Shown: in pieces, positions 49,621 to 63,375 of the stretch
How positions within the stretch are numbered: position 1 is the first letter of the stretch
How the letters are laid out: every line of letters begins with the position of its first letter
Origin: Hydrolagus colliei
Taxonomy: Eukaryota
Direction of reading: 5' to 3'
Assembly: GCA_035084275.1 (NCBI GenBank)
Contig: CM068769.1
Coordinates: 744,001-808,000 of the forward strand
DNA length: 64,000 nucleotides
Program-made: the position numbers and the translations under genes
The notes under the pieces: generated by a model
Seen by the model: the letters and a program-made list of their open reading frames with translations, nothing else
What the model was told of the DNA's origin: nothing
Databases searched by the model: none

Positions 49621-50439
49621 CTATTGTGCTGTAGAATTCTTTGATTTCATTTGAATGCAGCATGTGTTTGTCATTGCTGCAAGATAGTGTAAGGAGTGCT
49701 CTCGGGGACTGAGAAACAGGGAAATTTCCCGACTGGATATCAGATCAACATTTAAGACAGTGGCTATCAGATGAAAATAACCTGTGTCGGAGATGTGGGA
49801 GACTAACGTTGAATGAGATACCATACGGCTCACAAGAGTCAAATGCGGATCGCTTGAGTGCGTACTCACTATGTCGTGCTTTGAAAAACAAACAGGGTCC
49901 CAGTTGTATATGTTGGGCTCGATCAGAATAATGCAAGACACGCATTTCACCCAATACATCATACCCCCACACTTCGTGGCCCTGCGGGATGATTCCTCGA
50001 CAGACATAGATGTGTCCTCATGTACTAACGGGGCACGTCATGGTTGAGTCCCACCGACCCCACCTGCCCCAACACTATCATTTTGCTCCATCCGCACTTT
50101 CCAGCCCTCCAATCTTTCAAAACAATATCAACTCTTTGACTGAGCTTATCGTCACCTTTGCCTCATTCCCACCTTCCTCGGTTCCCTCCCCCAGCTCGGG
50201 TGTTAAGTTCGCAGAATCCTGATGTAAAACGGGTGTCATGTCAATGTTGTCATGCTGTTGCAAGACAAACACATCACTGATACGGCCTGCAGACGTCTCT
50301 CAAATAAGAAATCCAACCTTCGGCAGCCAAATCGTTAGAGCTCCATTGATACAGATTCAAACTCCCTCTGCGCTTTATACCTCAGTCAATCTCTTGTAAT
50401 GCTGTCTTGGCCTACATCTGAGTCTATGAATTGCGGAAT

Positions 50440-50800
50440 AATTAATCGTAATTATTAATTGCAACTAATAAAAATTAATTATGATTAATTATCATAATAT
50501 AACTTATTATCTTAAATATAATGGAAAACATTAAATTATATTGAATATAATTTAATATATATATTGAATATAATTTAATATATTATATATTAAATATATA
50601 ATATATCAAATTATTATGAANNNNNNNNNNNNNNNNNNNNNNNNNNNNNNNNNNNNNNNNNNNNNNNNNNNNNNNNNNNNNNNNNNNNNNNNNNNNNNNN
50701 NNNNNNNNNNNNNNNNNNNNNNNNNNNNNNNNNNNNNNNNNNNNNNNNNNNNNNTGTATATGTAGGTATATACATATATATGTATGTATATTTATATACT
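50440..50800. repeat. AT-rich low-complexity tract spanning an assembly gap
   Basis: Read directly from the sequence. Confidence 0.85.
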
Positions 50801-51774
50801 TTGATATGGTCACCTCAGTTTAACCTCTAATTTCGGATGAAGATTATGTCTTTTATCTTTAGGTTCCTCAGATGAGCAAGTTTATGAAAATGGGCAATGT
50901 ATTCCATGTCAGTGCCTTTACTATTAGTTATGGTAACCTTATAGCAACAACAAAAATACGTTTGTTTAGCGGATTGCACGTTGGGATGATGTACAATACA
51001 GTAAACATTGTTAGTGCCTTTCCAGTAAGATACAAAACGTCATCAGTACAAAGATTAATATACCCTCCCAACTACTCTCCCTTCCGCCCTTACCATCAAC
51101 AGCACGCAAATTATTATCACTCTGCACGCTACAATTTAGTATACCTGCCCCCACAGCCAACAAAACCCTTTCCCCTGATATACACATTAATATCCCTCAC
51201 GTACACATCTCTTGCCAAATGTACATATATCACCCGCCGGCAACACTAACCACCATCCTACACCAACACACACAGTCCAATTCCACCGTTAGAAACAAAA
51301 AAATGTTGATTGATATTAAGCTGGTAAACTGTTAACTGGTTGGTAAGAAGCCTGTAGACATACACCATTCTGCTGGCAATCAACTGGGAGAGGTGACTTT
51401 TAGCCTACGATTGATAGTTAAGTGATATGAGCTATGGTAATGGAATCACATCTAGTGTCAGTGGGACACACTGTCTCTCACAACTCCCTGAACCACTTTG
51501 TTATGTTGCCCAGCATGTGCTAATCTGACAGGTGCACAACAGTCAGTTGTGTGTAAGAAACTGTGGGACATTCCCATTCCAAGTTGAGGATAGAAAAGTA
51601 CAAACTGTCGTACCAGTGTTTTAAACGTGAGTATGCAAGAAAGTATTACACACTGTGGTATTTTATATGCAAAAAGCAGATATTTTTGTGGTTTTGAACT
51701 GTAACTTCTCCTGGAATGTTTTCAAGTTGGATAGGCATCTCTCAGTGCATTTGTGATTTTTCTGCTGATCAGAC

Positions 51775-52067
51775 AAAATGTCTTTGCACAATCCGCACAT
51801 TTATATAGTCTCTCATGTGTGTATTCGCTGGTGACTTCGGAAGTAACGTTTTCCTTTGAAACTCTTTCCACATTCAGCACATTCACATTGTCTCTTTGCT
51901 GTTTGTTATCGATAGTATACTTGGAAATTATCTGCTCTTGTGAAACTTTTTCCACATTGATTACATTGATACGGTCTATCTGATGTGTGTGACCGATAGT
52001 GTACCTGGAGTGTATCTGGTCTTGTGAAACTTTTTCCACATTCAGCACATATATATGGTCTCTCCCC
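51775..52067 (-). pseudogene. Kruppel-type C2H2 zinc-finger array fragment (3.5 fingers, with a stop and a frameshift)
   Basis: [53 protein letters not shown]...[22 protein letters not shown], then after a frameshift ERLYKCADCAKTF. Confidence 0.9.
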
Positions 52068-52623
52068 AGGCCTCAGCTAGATTACTGTGTTCAATTCTGG
52101 TAACCGCACTATAGAAAGGATGCGAAGGCATTGAAAAGGGTGCAAATGAGGTTTACTAGAATGGTACCAGGAGTGAGGGACATCGGTTATGAGGAAATGC
52201 TAGATAGGCTAGGTTTATCCTCTATGGAAGAGAGAAGGTTGAGAGGAGCCGTAATATAGTTTATAGAATCATGAGGGGATTTGACAGGGTGAAGAAGCAA
52301 AAACTGTTTCCACTGGTAGGTGAATCAGTGACTCGTTGTCACAGAAACGAAATAGTTACAAAACGAAGCAGAAAGGAGCTGAGGAGACATGTTTCGCTTA
52401 GCGGGATGTTCGAATTTGGAATGCATTGCCTAAAATGGTGGTGGAGGCCGATTCGATAACAGCTTTTTAAAGGGAACTAGATCTTTATTTATGCAGATTA
52501 GTTCTGCTAGGTTACGGGGAACTAGCGGGGCAGTGGGATTGAGTTGCTCTTTTCAAAGAGACGTCACCATCTAGATGGGCCGAATGGCCTCATTTTGTGC
52601 CGTAAAATTCTATGATTCTATGT
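52068..52623 (+). mobile_element. Diverged CR1 3' fragment abutting the ZNF remnant
   Basis: From aggcctcagctagattactgtgttcaattctgg to ccgtaaaattctatgattctatg. Confidence 0.85.
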
Positions 52624-55444
52624 GGTAGGTGCTCGAGTGGGAATCCCCAGTTGAAGCTAAGGTTCATCCACGTGTCCCATTGATGATATGGACCCACAAC
52701 TCCTCGACTCTATGTGGGACACTTCTCTGGGCAGAGTTGCCACGTTACATCCACAAATCGTCACTACCTTTTTATATTATCTCCATTGGAGTGCATTTTG
52801 ACATGTGGGTGGATAAGGAGTTACCGATTACGATAAATCATTGAAGAAGATGGTCTTGAGGCGGGATTTGATCTAGGCCAGGGAGAGGGCGGGATGAAGT
52901 TCCTGGAGTTGGGGGCAGAGTGGCTAAAGGCTCGCCTGGCAATCGTGGGGCGGGTGGATCGGGGGACATGGAGCAGTTAAGCTTGTTGAGTGCTGGGGGC
53001 GGGAAGTTTGGTAGGGGATCGAACGTCACGCATGTAGAGTGGGGTCTGTAAATTCGGGGATCAGGATCCTGAATTGGATCCTCAGTGAGTATCTGTGTCT
53101 GACACTAACCAGGTTGATTTGAGGCTACATTTGTGCCTCTGATGACATTAACAGCACCGGGTTCAGAGGGGAAGAAAGCCCTTTTCCCCAAATACAAACT
53201 AGCTGTTAGTGCATTGCGACTGATTGCCTTGATTCTAACTATCCTTAAATATCCGGAGACTAGGGATGTCCTCTCAACTTCAGAGGGAATGAGAAAATCA
53301 CATAGGCTGTGCGGTTTCTGAGTCTTGGCTGGGAATTAACTGGAGAACGTCTTGACCAGAAGTGCCTTGTAGATTAGGGACATCTCCAAACTCCAGAGTC
53401 ACTACCGCGAGCAACATGCCACCTGACACAGATTTGGCGCTTGCTGCCTACTGACATGGAGTTTTTGGACCAACAGTGTAGTCGGATCTGGAAATGCCAT
53501 GCACTGACTTGACTGCCGATGTGTGTGTGGGGGTGTGGGTGGGAAGGGGGGGTGGGGGAGAGTGCGGCGGGTTAGGCACAAGTAAAGCTGGTGCCCAATG
53601 AACAGTGGTTGTTCCAGCAGTTGGGTACATGACAGGTGTGGACCGAATCTTCCATTGACTGTTCCCATTCACTCCTCGGTTATTTGTTTTCCATTGCTTT
53701 GTATACTTATTGTGACAGATTAGCTGCAGTAGAATTAGAAAACATATTAGCTGGGTAAGAAATAAGGAATATGATTATTAAGACAATCTATTGGGTACAC
53801 ACACCCATTAACAGTCAGGTTTCTGCGGGTGCCCCTACTTGTTGCACACACTAGCTAATTTTTGAACAGATGAGAATAGTTCAATAAATACTTCAGCTTT
53901 AGTTCAGTTTCAAGTAGTCTTGAATTATTGTGGATCTATGAATAAAACGAAAGCAAGATCACACATTGAGACTAGTACAAGTTGAGTTGGATAGGATAAC
54001 AGGAGGAGTTGAATCAGAACTCCCCACAACCCTGGCCTGTAGATTGTCTGGTTTCTTGACATTCCTTCTGGACAATGTCCTAGTGATCAACTGGCTGAGT
54101 TAGTTATGATGAGGCTGGTGGATAAGTACGATGATAGGAGTGAAAGAGTGGCTGCTCACAAAGGTTGGCGTATATCACAAGCTGGAAACAGAGATTACCA
54201 GCCTGCCACTGTTATCCAGAACAACTGGAACGGATAATATGGTTCCAGGTATTCTTACGAATAGCGAAAGGACAGTTACAGTAGCAATCGTATACTAGTA
54301 TTTTTCTGTTTCCTCTTTGTAATGCCTTGCAGTGTATTGAAACACCCGTCGAACGCAACTTTGTCGGCTGCGGCGCATCCTGATGGGCAAAGCCGTGAAT
54401 GGCCTTGAAAGTGAGGCTGAGGATCTTGAATTCAATCCTCTGTGAAATGCGGAACTAGTGGAGCCAGGCGAGCGGAGGGGTGATGGGGTTAGAGGTTCAA
54501 GCATGTAGGATGGGGGCATTAAATGTGAGGACCAGGATCTTGAATTGGATCCTTAGTGAGTATCTGGGTCTGAGACTCACCGTGTTGAATTGAGGCTCCT
54601 CCTGTGCATCCGATGACTTTAGCACCATCGGGTTAAGAGCAGAAGAAAGCCTATTTCCTGAAATAAAAACCAGCTATTAGTGCATCGTTACACTTTGGGT
54701 AGCCTATGGATGGATATTTATTAGTTTTATTTTGCAATAAATTGAAAATTGTCAATTCATTATGTTTAGTTTTTAGCAGTCAAGTGACAAAATGTAGGTT
54801 GGCAGTGAAATGTACCTAAAGGTGACCAATCAAGTTCCTGCAAGTTTCTGCAAAATTTGACCAGAATTCTCCTGCAACTTTTAAGAGACATTTCCTAGGT
54901 ATCCAGCTAGATTTTAAAAATATTTCCTCACTTATTTGTTGGCCCAGGCGATGTTCCACTAATAAACAAGGGAAGTGTTTATCCTGAGTAATGTCGGCCA
55001 GGAAACCAGTTACGTGGAAATCCCTTCCCCTGAGTCGCTGACTATGAACAGCATTGAGAAAACTGATTCTGTTACGGAAAGTATCTGTGGGATTTATTCC
55101 CTGCAAAAAAATCTCTTTTTGGGAATGATTATAATGCACAAGTGTATTTGGTTACTGGAACTCCTCGCTATATATTGTCTCGATATAAGTTGTTACGATT
55201 ATAAGTCATAGCCGAATTAATAAATGTTAGAAAAAGAGATATTGTCGGATTCCAATGTATACCCGTTGTTTAGGAAATATAATAATAAGATAATAAATAA
55301 AATTAAGTGAATTCTTACTCAAGATGGTTGATGTGGTCAATGAGTGAGAGGGGGTAGAGTCATTAAGATGGCGGGATGTCTTGCCTCCTGTACGGATCTC
55401 CAGAGGGGATCACAACATGACCACATAAACCATATCCAGTAAGT

Positions 55445-56652
55445 GTTATAGATTCATAGATTCATAGATTCATGGAATTGTTCGGCACAAAAGGAGGCCA
55501 TTCGGCCCATCTAGTCTGTGCCGGCTTTTTGAAAAGAGCGATTGAATCCCACTGCCCTGCCCGCTCCCCAGAGCCTAATATACCTGCTCTCCCTAAATAA
55601 AGATCTAATTCCGTTTTAAAAGTTGTTATCGAATCAGCCTCCACCACCTTTTCAGGCAATGCATTCCAGATTCGAACAACTCGCTGAGTGAAAAAAATTC
55701 TCCTCAGCTCCCCTCTACTTCGCCTTGAAACTATTCTAAATCTGTGACCACGAGTCACAGATTCGCCAACGAGTGGAAATAGTTTTTCTCTATTTGCCCT
55801 GTCGAAACCCCTCATGATCTTATAAAACTCTATTAGGTCTCCCCTCAATCTTTTCTGCTCCAGAGAAAATAACCCTAGCTTATATAGCCTCTCCTCATAG
55901 CTGAAGTCCCTCAATCCTGGCACCATCCTAGTAAATCTTCTTTGTACCCTTTCCAATGTCTTCACATCCTTTCTGTAGTGTGGTGTCCAGAATTGGACAC
56001 AGTATTCCAGCTGAGGCCTCACCAAAGTTTTATAGAGGTTATTCAGCACTTCCTGACTTTTGTACTCAATACCCGTATTTGTAAAGCCTAGTATCCCATA
56101 TGCCTTCTTAACAGCCTAGTCCAGCTGTCCTGCCTCCTTCAACGAGTCACTAACACAAATCCCCAGGTCGCTCTGTTCCTTCACACCATTTAAAATTGTA
56201 CTATCTAGCCTATATTGCCTGCCTTCATTTCTTTTCCCAAAATGCATCACCTCACACTTTTCTGCATTAAACTTCATCTGCCATGTGTCTGCCCACTTGA
56301 CCAATTTGGCGATATCCTCTTGCAGATGGCTACTATCCTCCTCACTATTCACTATTCTCCCTAACTTAGTGTCATCTGCAAACTTGGAAACTGTACTCAC
56401 TACACCCAAGTCCAGATCATTGATGTAGATTACAAACAGCAATGGTCCCAAAACTGATCCCAGTGGCACACCACTGCTCAATTCCCTCCAATCTGAAAAA
56501 CAGCCGCTCACTACAACTCTCTGCTTTCTGTCTCGCAGCCAGTTGTGGATCCACTCTGCCACTGTCCCTTTTACGCCATGGGCCTTTAATTTCCTAATAC
56601 GTCTCTCATGTGGTACTTTGTCAAATGCGTTTTGAAAGTCCATGTAAACTAC
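55445..56652 (-). mobile_element. 5'-truncated CR1
   Basis: ORFs 56116-56643 and 55462-56049. (ATCTATGA)n tail at ~55445-55475. Confidence 0.95.
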
Positions 56653-57269
56653 TTGTTCTCTTAGTTGTTCCGTTATATTTTGTATCGACTGTATTTATTC
56701 AACATTAATTTTAATTTTTAATACTAGTGGTGTTGGTTTTGGTTTTAATAAATATTACATGAGAAATGTACTGCAGGTACGTAATTGACAGCATTAGGGT
56801 CTATGGTAATTTATGAACCGCTACAGGTTGTTTCACTTACAACCGCACTTTTCAAGAACATGTCCACGACGTGAATATCGAAGTACCAGTACTCATTTAT
56901 AATAATTAAGTAATATTCCATGAATTTAATATAAAACTTTGTCACATCTTCGAGATGTCTCCATGCATTTCACAGACAACACCATTACCCGGTTTGACTG
57001 TATGTGTTGTGGAAGAAAAGCAGCAGTCAGTTGCCTACCAAAGTGACAATAATTCGTCATGTATTCAGTGAAGGGGCTACACATATTGAAAAAGTGTTCT
57101 GGGAGTCGACTAATTACCAGGATCCTGATTACCGCTGGGCTAAACCTAATATCAACAACAAAGTTACATTCACAAAGACCTTTTCACGTCGGGAGTATAT
57201 TAGGGAAAGTTACGTATCGCGACAAAGTCAGTGAGTTGTGGTGGGAGGTGGCGGATCGGAAAGCCTCCC

Positions 57270-58050
57270 TCCATCACTCCATGCCTCCGTCCCTCCGTCT
57301 CTCCCTCCNNNNNNNNNNNNNNNNNNNNNNNNNNNNNNNNNNNNNNNNNNNNNNNNNNNNNNNNNNNNNNNNNNNNNNNNNNNNNNNNNNNNNNNNNNNN
57401 NNNNNNNNNNNNNNNNNNNNNNNNNNNNNNNNNNNNNNNNNNNNNNNNNNNNNNNNNNNNNNNNNNNNNNNNNNNNNNNNNNNNNNNNNNNNNNNNNNNN
57501 NNNNNNNNNNNNNNNNNNNNNNNNNNNNNNNNNNNNNNNNNNNNNNNNNNNNNNNNNNNNNNNNNNNNNNNNNNNNNNNNNNNNNNNNNNNNNNNNNNNN
57601 NNNNNNNNNNNNNNNNNNNNNNNNNNNNNNNNNNNNNNNNNNNNNNNNNNNNNNNNNNNNNNNNNNNNNNNNNNNNNNNNNNNNNNNNNNNNNNNNNNNN
57701 NNNNNNNNNNNNNNNNNNNNNNNNNNNNNNNNNNNNNNNNNNNNNNNNNNNNCTGTCTGCCTCCCTCCCTCTCTCCTTGCCTGCCTGCGTCTCTCGCTTC
57801 CTCCCTCCCCGCCTCCCTCCCTCTCTCGCTGCCTGCCTCCCTCTCTCGCTGCCTGCCTCCATCCCTCCCTCTCTCCCTCTCTACTTGCCTGCGTCTCTCC
57901 CTCCCTGCCTCCCTCTCTCCCTGCCTGCCTGCCTGCCTCCTTGCCTCCCTCTTTCCCTCCGTGCCTGCCTCCATCTCTCCCTCCGTGCCTGCCTGCCTGT
58001 TTCCCTCTCTCCCTCCCTGCCTGCCTCCTGCCTGCTTCCCTCCCTCCCTT
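57270..58050. repeat. (CCCT/GCCT)n polypyrimidine tract spanning an assembly gap
   Basis: Read directly from the sequence. Confidence 0.9.
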
Positions 58051-59923
58051 GTTGTTGAAGTGGGGACAGTCTTGACTGAGCATCAAGCGGGGACAGACTT
58101 AAGTCAACGAAAGGCGGGGACAGTGGAATCAGTGAGACGGGGGACAGTCGTGAGTCAGTGTGAAATGCCGACAGTTGTGATAAGAACAACATTGAAGTTT
58201 CTAGAGCGCCTTGAGACTGGCCTTCAAGCAGCGAAGAGAGAAAGTGAGGCATAGGGATTGTGGGATGGAATTCCAGAATGTGGGTGCAGTGAAGATGAAA
58301 TCCCGGCCACCGATGTTGGAGCGGTACGGGCGGTGGACATGGAGCAAGACGGAGTTCACTGAATGGAGTTCACTGAATGGAGGCGACAAGCAGCCTCACC
58401 CTGTGTGTGTGTGTGTGTGTGTGTGTGCATGTATGTTGTGTGAGTGAGTGAGTGCGTGCGTGCGTGCGTGAGTGAGTGAGAGAATGAGTGTCCGTGCGTG
58501 AAATAGTGCATCTGTGTATCTGTCGGTGCCTGTGCGTGTGTCTCTATGTGTATACATGTGATGGTGCGTGAAAGTATCTGTGTCTGTGTGTCTGAGTCTG
58601 TTTCTTTGTGTGTGTGGGTGTGAAGTAAGTTAACGTGCCCAAGGTTTTTCCCTGACCTGCCATTTATTTACCATAAATCACCCAGGCTTGTGAGGCGCGT
58701 GATTGTGTGAATGAGCAATTGCGTGTGTCAGCGCTCTAACGACGGAGCTACAGTAGCTAATGTTCATAGTACAACTTTCCCAACAGTGATCAAACGCTAA
58801 AGGAATTTGAGACAATCAAACAACGATTTGCTGTTCAGGAGTATTTTTCGCTGCGTTAACTTCCTCATCGTTTCCAAGAATAGCACATAAAACCTAATTC
58901 GATAGAATATTTAAACCGTCAGAAATTTAACAAATTGTCCACTAGCAACTCGCTCCATTCCCTAACTCTCGCAAAATCTCTCTTCCTTTCACACTCACCC
59001 CATGCCCTGACTCCCCCCAAGTCTCTCTCCATCTCTCAATCATTCCATCTCCTGACGCCCGGAGTCTCTATCCCTCACCATTACTCCACTACCTGACTCA
59101 CCCCAAGTCTCTCTCTATCCCTCCCCCTCACACTCTCTCCATCCACTGAATACCGGAGTCTCTGTCCCTCACCCTCTCGCACTCACTCGATCCCGTAACT
59201 CACGCCCACTTCTCTCTCTCTACCTCTCACAATCACTCGATCCCCTGGGTTAAAATGGGACTTTACTTTTCAAAGGCAGTTGAGGAAAGATTGTAAAATT
59301 CTGAGCTGTGTGTAGGTGAGTGAGGGAGTCTATGTGTGAGATTGTGTATGAGTCTTCTGTGTCGATGAGTGTAAGCATGAGAGTGCGAGTGGGTGAGTGT
59401 GTGGGTGAGTCTAGTTGCGTGTATCTCAATCTCTGTGTGTGGAGTTTCTGCTGAAACCAGGATTTTTCATCTCTCAGTTATTCACAGAAAGCCCAGTGAT
59501 GCCTAGAGCCGACACTTTCTTTTCAGTGGGCCGGTGACATCTATTTGGAGGGTTGGTTTTTCTGTAAATAAAGATGCATTTCTGAACTGTGCGAGTAATG
59601 CAACAACTGTGGTCACCACATGACATCTCATTAATACATGGTCTTACAGCTCAAATTAACATGATTTTACACCAATTGTACTTCTGAACCGCACGTTTGT
59701 CATTTACAGAAACCAGCCCAGTTTGAGCGGTTGATGCATTTGATTTCAAATTTGCTTTTGCCCGTTGCTCTCGTGCTGTGAGCAGCATAAAGGAACAAGA
59801 GACTATGAGCTCAACTCAGCTCAGCACATCTTCTGTGGTTATATATTTTAGGCCTGATTTCCTGTCTTTCTGCACTGCAGTGAGACAGGACAAGAAGCCT
59901 GCTGATTGAAAATGTTCTGACTT

Positions 59924-59977
59924 CAGCCCTCCCTGCTCCACAGTTGGCCACAGCCAACTGTGGAGCAGGGAGGGCTG
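59924..59977. repeat. Perfect 25-bp inverted repeat with a 4-nt loop
   Basis: cagccctccctgctccacagttggc-caca-gccaactgtggagcagggagggctg. Confidence 0.95.
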
Positions 59978-60011
59978 TGTTCACATTATGTAATCTGCCG
60001 GTTAACGCCCG

Positions 60012-60290
60012 GTATTCTGAAGGTTCATTAGTCTGAAGCTTCCTCTAAACCTACACCTAACCGTAACCCTAACTCTAACCCTGATCCTAACCCTAACCCC
60101 AACCCAAACACTAACCCTAATATTTGGTCTAATGAACCTTCAGACTATCGCAATAAATGTTCGGATTAACGAACCTTATTTTCGGAATATCAAGCGGTAA
60201 CCACAGTAACCGTCCCGGGTGTAGTAAATTTGTGTGTTCGGAATATCGAACCTTCGAACTATCGAACTTTCGGACTATCGAGTGCCCCCC
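60012..60290. mobile_element. Non-autonomous DNA-transposon-like element with internal telomere-like repeats
   Basis: A 15-bp inverted repeat (60017-60031 and 60129-60143) flanks degenerate (CCCTAA)n, followed by ~6 ttcggactatcgaacc-like repeats. Confidence 0.55.
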
Positions 60291-62959
60291 GCTGTATCCA
60301 TGCCTGTGACAACTATGATAGTTAACGATTAGCCATGGCAAACAAAACATATTCGGAAACCTTCTGTCTTTCATTGCCTGTGTGTGTGTGTGTGTGTGTG
60401 TTTGAATCTTTCTGCCTCTCTCCCTTTCTCTTTCGCCATGTATGTGTCAGTGTGGGAGTGAACTCCTCTGCATTTGTTTTAGTGTGTGATTCCCTCTCTG
60501 TATATGTGCATCTGTGTTTCATTGTTGACTATATTTCCACATTTGCATGATGTGAGCGTGTCTCTGATTCTTTCCACCATTGTTCTGTCAGAAAGTTTCT
60601 CCTTTCGCCTGTGTGTAATTCTCACGTCCTGTCTGTGCGAATCAATTTCACTCATTGTGTATCTTTCTCTTTCTGTCTGAGTGTGCGCTTATATCTCACT
60701 CAGTCTTTACATATCCCCTTATCTCTCTCTTTGTCTGCTTATTTGTCTGTGAGTGTGTATGTGTGTGCATGTGCGTGTGTTTATTTATCTCTGTCTGTAT
60801 CTCAGTCTGTCTCATTCCTTCTCTGTTGCTCAGTGTCTCCCTATATGTGTGTGCCCCGTCTCTGTATATGTGTATGTCTGTTCGTTTGTGTATCATTCTC
60901 TGTGTGACTATGTTTCTGTGAGTGCCTCTAATAACCGTGCGCCACGGCACATCTTTGTTCATGCGTGTGTGTCACTCTGTCTGACAGACTTTCTCTCGGA
61001 TTATTCTTTTTTATTTCTCTCTTGCTCAACACATATACCCGTGTACACTGTATCTGCATCTCTGTCGATTTTAGTCTGTTTGTGGCCCTGAATCTTTCTT
61101 TGTCTCTATATACCTGTGAATCTATGCCGCTCTTTTTACCGGTGTGTATTAATGTTTCTCTCAAACTGAATTTCTTTCTAAGTCTTTCTCTCTCTCTTCA
61201 GCTCGCTGTCGTGTCCTCTTTACTTCTAAACTGTGTGTGTGGCTATCTGTGTAGGTGTGACTGTGAAGAGTTCCTGGCTCACATCAAGCTTCTCCTGGCA
61301 TCGGTCGAGAGTAGACATTGAGTTTAACGCAGGCCTGAGAAATGCATTTTGAATACATCTTTCTCTGTAAATAAAGATGGAGAACTGAGGTGTGTAGGAA
61401 ACGACCAATTGGAGTCAGAAAATGGAAGTGGATACTATATGGTATTACAGCTGAAACTAACCGTATTTACACCGGTTCTACATTCTCATACGCATAAGTT
61501 TAGGTGAAACAAACCAGCCCAGTTTCCGAATTTACCGTTTATTGATGATGTATTTGAGCTGTGTTTGATTTTCAATGTAGGTTTGCCCTTTCCTCACGTG
61601 CTGTGACTGTCAGTATCTGAGAGGAACAAGAGGCTGAGTGTTCGGCTCTGCACGTCCTCTGAGGTTAGTTACCCCTTCGCCTGGTTTCCTCTCTTTCTGC
61701 ACAAACAAGCGGACAGAACAGGAAGCCTGGACGCTAGTTGTTGATTGAAAATGCCTTGATTTGGCTGAACTTTGGCTGACTGTGGAGCAACGATCGATGT
61801 GCTCCTCCCATACTGTGTGCTCTGCCTGTCTCGGGCTGTGTGTGTGTGTGTTTAGAGAGTGTGATGCCTCTGCATACTGTCTCTATCCATCTCCCTCTCA
61901 CACATCAATCCATCCCCTCAGTGAGGGTTAGACAATTTTGAAATGATATTGCCTTGGAAGGAGATGTCTCAGAGGAGACCCTATAGGTCCTGATACAGAA
62001 CGTCTTGCTAAAGTGCAAGTGCCCAGGATGAATGCCACTTGTTGCTGTACAGAGCACTTTGATTGGGATTCAAGAGTTAATCCCTGAGCAGTACTTTCGG
62101 TGGCACCAAGACTGGTGGACACAGAACGGATTTATGTTTCAATGACAATCTTCAGACAGACATTTTTATTATCTGTCTGTCACAAGTGGAAACCCAAAAA
62201 CTTGTTTAGGATTATAATAAACCAACAGAAAATTCCATGCATCCCATCTCAACATTGGAAATGCAAGATATAGATTTTTGGGATGAACACACTATCTCGC
62301 TCTCTCTTTCACCTCATCTTGGAGAGCATTAGATGCAGGTTGGGAAGATCCAAGGCTTGAGGACTACAGATTGTGGTTTGGAGGTAATTACTGGAGTCTG
62401 TCCAGCTAAAGCCGCCAGGCTTAACGTTGAAGTTACTGTCTGGCCAAGCTTTCCCTTTGCTTGTCCAGCTCGGGTCAATTAGGAAGCTCAATTAGGAATT
62501 TAACATTACGTTTATTGGGAGCCGTGTGGGAAGATTCGCTGCCTCAATGACTGGCCTTACTGGTCCTGGCAATGCGACATCTTGGCCTATGCTATCATCA
62601 GCAGTGTGAGAGAGAGTGCGAGAGAGAGAGAGAGAGAGAGAGAGAGCCCCGGGGTACTGTGGTACCTCATGACTCGGGGTCCCGACGAGAAACGATCACG
62701 GAGTCTGCTGGCTCGATTCCCACATCCCATTTCCTGGCTTGGCTGTCACCTCAGGGGCAGTTGCGCTCCTAGGAGATCTCATGTAATTAGACACAAATTG
62801 TTTTTTCAGGACTGAAAGGATAAGAAGCATCAGGAATACTATAAGTGGAGGAGAGGTGGTTGTTGGAAGACCTGGATTCTGAGGCAAATCCGGCTCTGCA
62901 CTGTGATGGTAGGTTCTCTAAAAATGGCAGTTAGTCTAATGGGTGTTCATCCCTCAAAT

Positions 62960-63375
62960 GATAGAATTCAAGACCCTCGTCTTCACTTTGAAGGTTGTCC
63001 ACGCCATGCCCTATCCTGTCTCTCTGACTCGCTCATCACCAAAGAAGCTGTTCGCTTCTTCAATTCAGGAGACTCTGGCATACGCCATTCCTCCCGTGCA
63101 ACCCACCCTACGATCAGCGACCCGGCTTTCAGCCCCCCTGCCGCTTTACTTTGGAACTGCATCCCTCAATCCCTTTGCCTTGACCCCTCCCTTTGCGTCC
63201 TTCAAGACACATCTCAAGAACTTCGATCGTGACTTCAGCCGCCCTCCTACCCTTATCCCAACCCTACGCCCTTCAATCTCCTTACCCGGATCGGGTCCTG
63301 ATATCTGACTGTTCAGTGACTTGGAATGTTTTCGAACGTGAAAGGCGCTTTACAGGTTTGATTATTTTGTTGTTT
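62960..63375 (+). mobile_element. L2 3' fragment
   Basis: FKTLVFTLK remnant, ending gtgaaaggcgctttacaggtttgattattttgttgtt. Confidence 0.65.

Noticed and set aside
50900-51250. Second retroviral env-like remnant (WLWGQVY*IVAC...IIICVLL)
   Set aside because: Only a hydrophobic stretch, with no immunosuppressive domain or CX6CC. Too weak without a search.
56812-56875. Tigger/pogo-like terminal repeat
   Set aside because: Resemblance from memory only, with no partner terminus found.
57200-58254. Long ORFs of 220-338 aa
   Set aside because: Consist of N gap plus CCCT/GCCT microsatellite.
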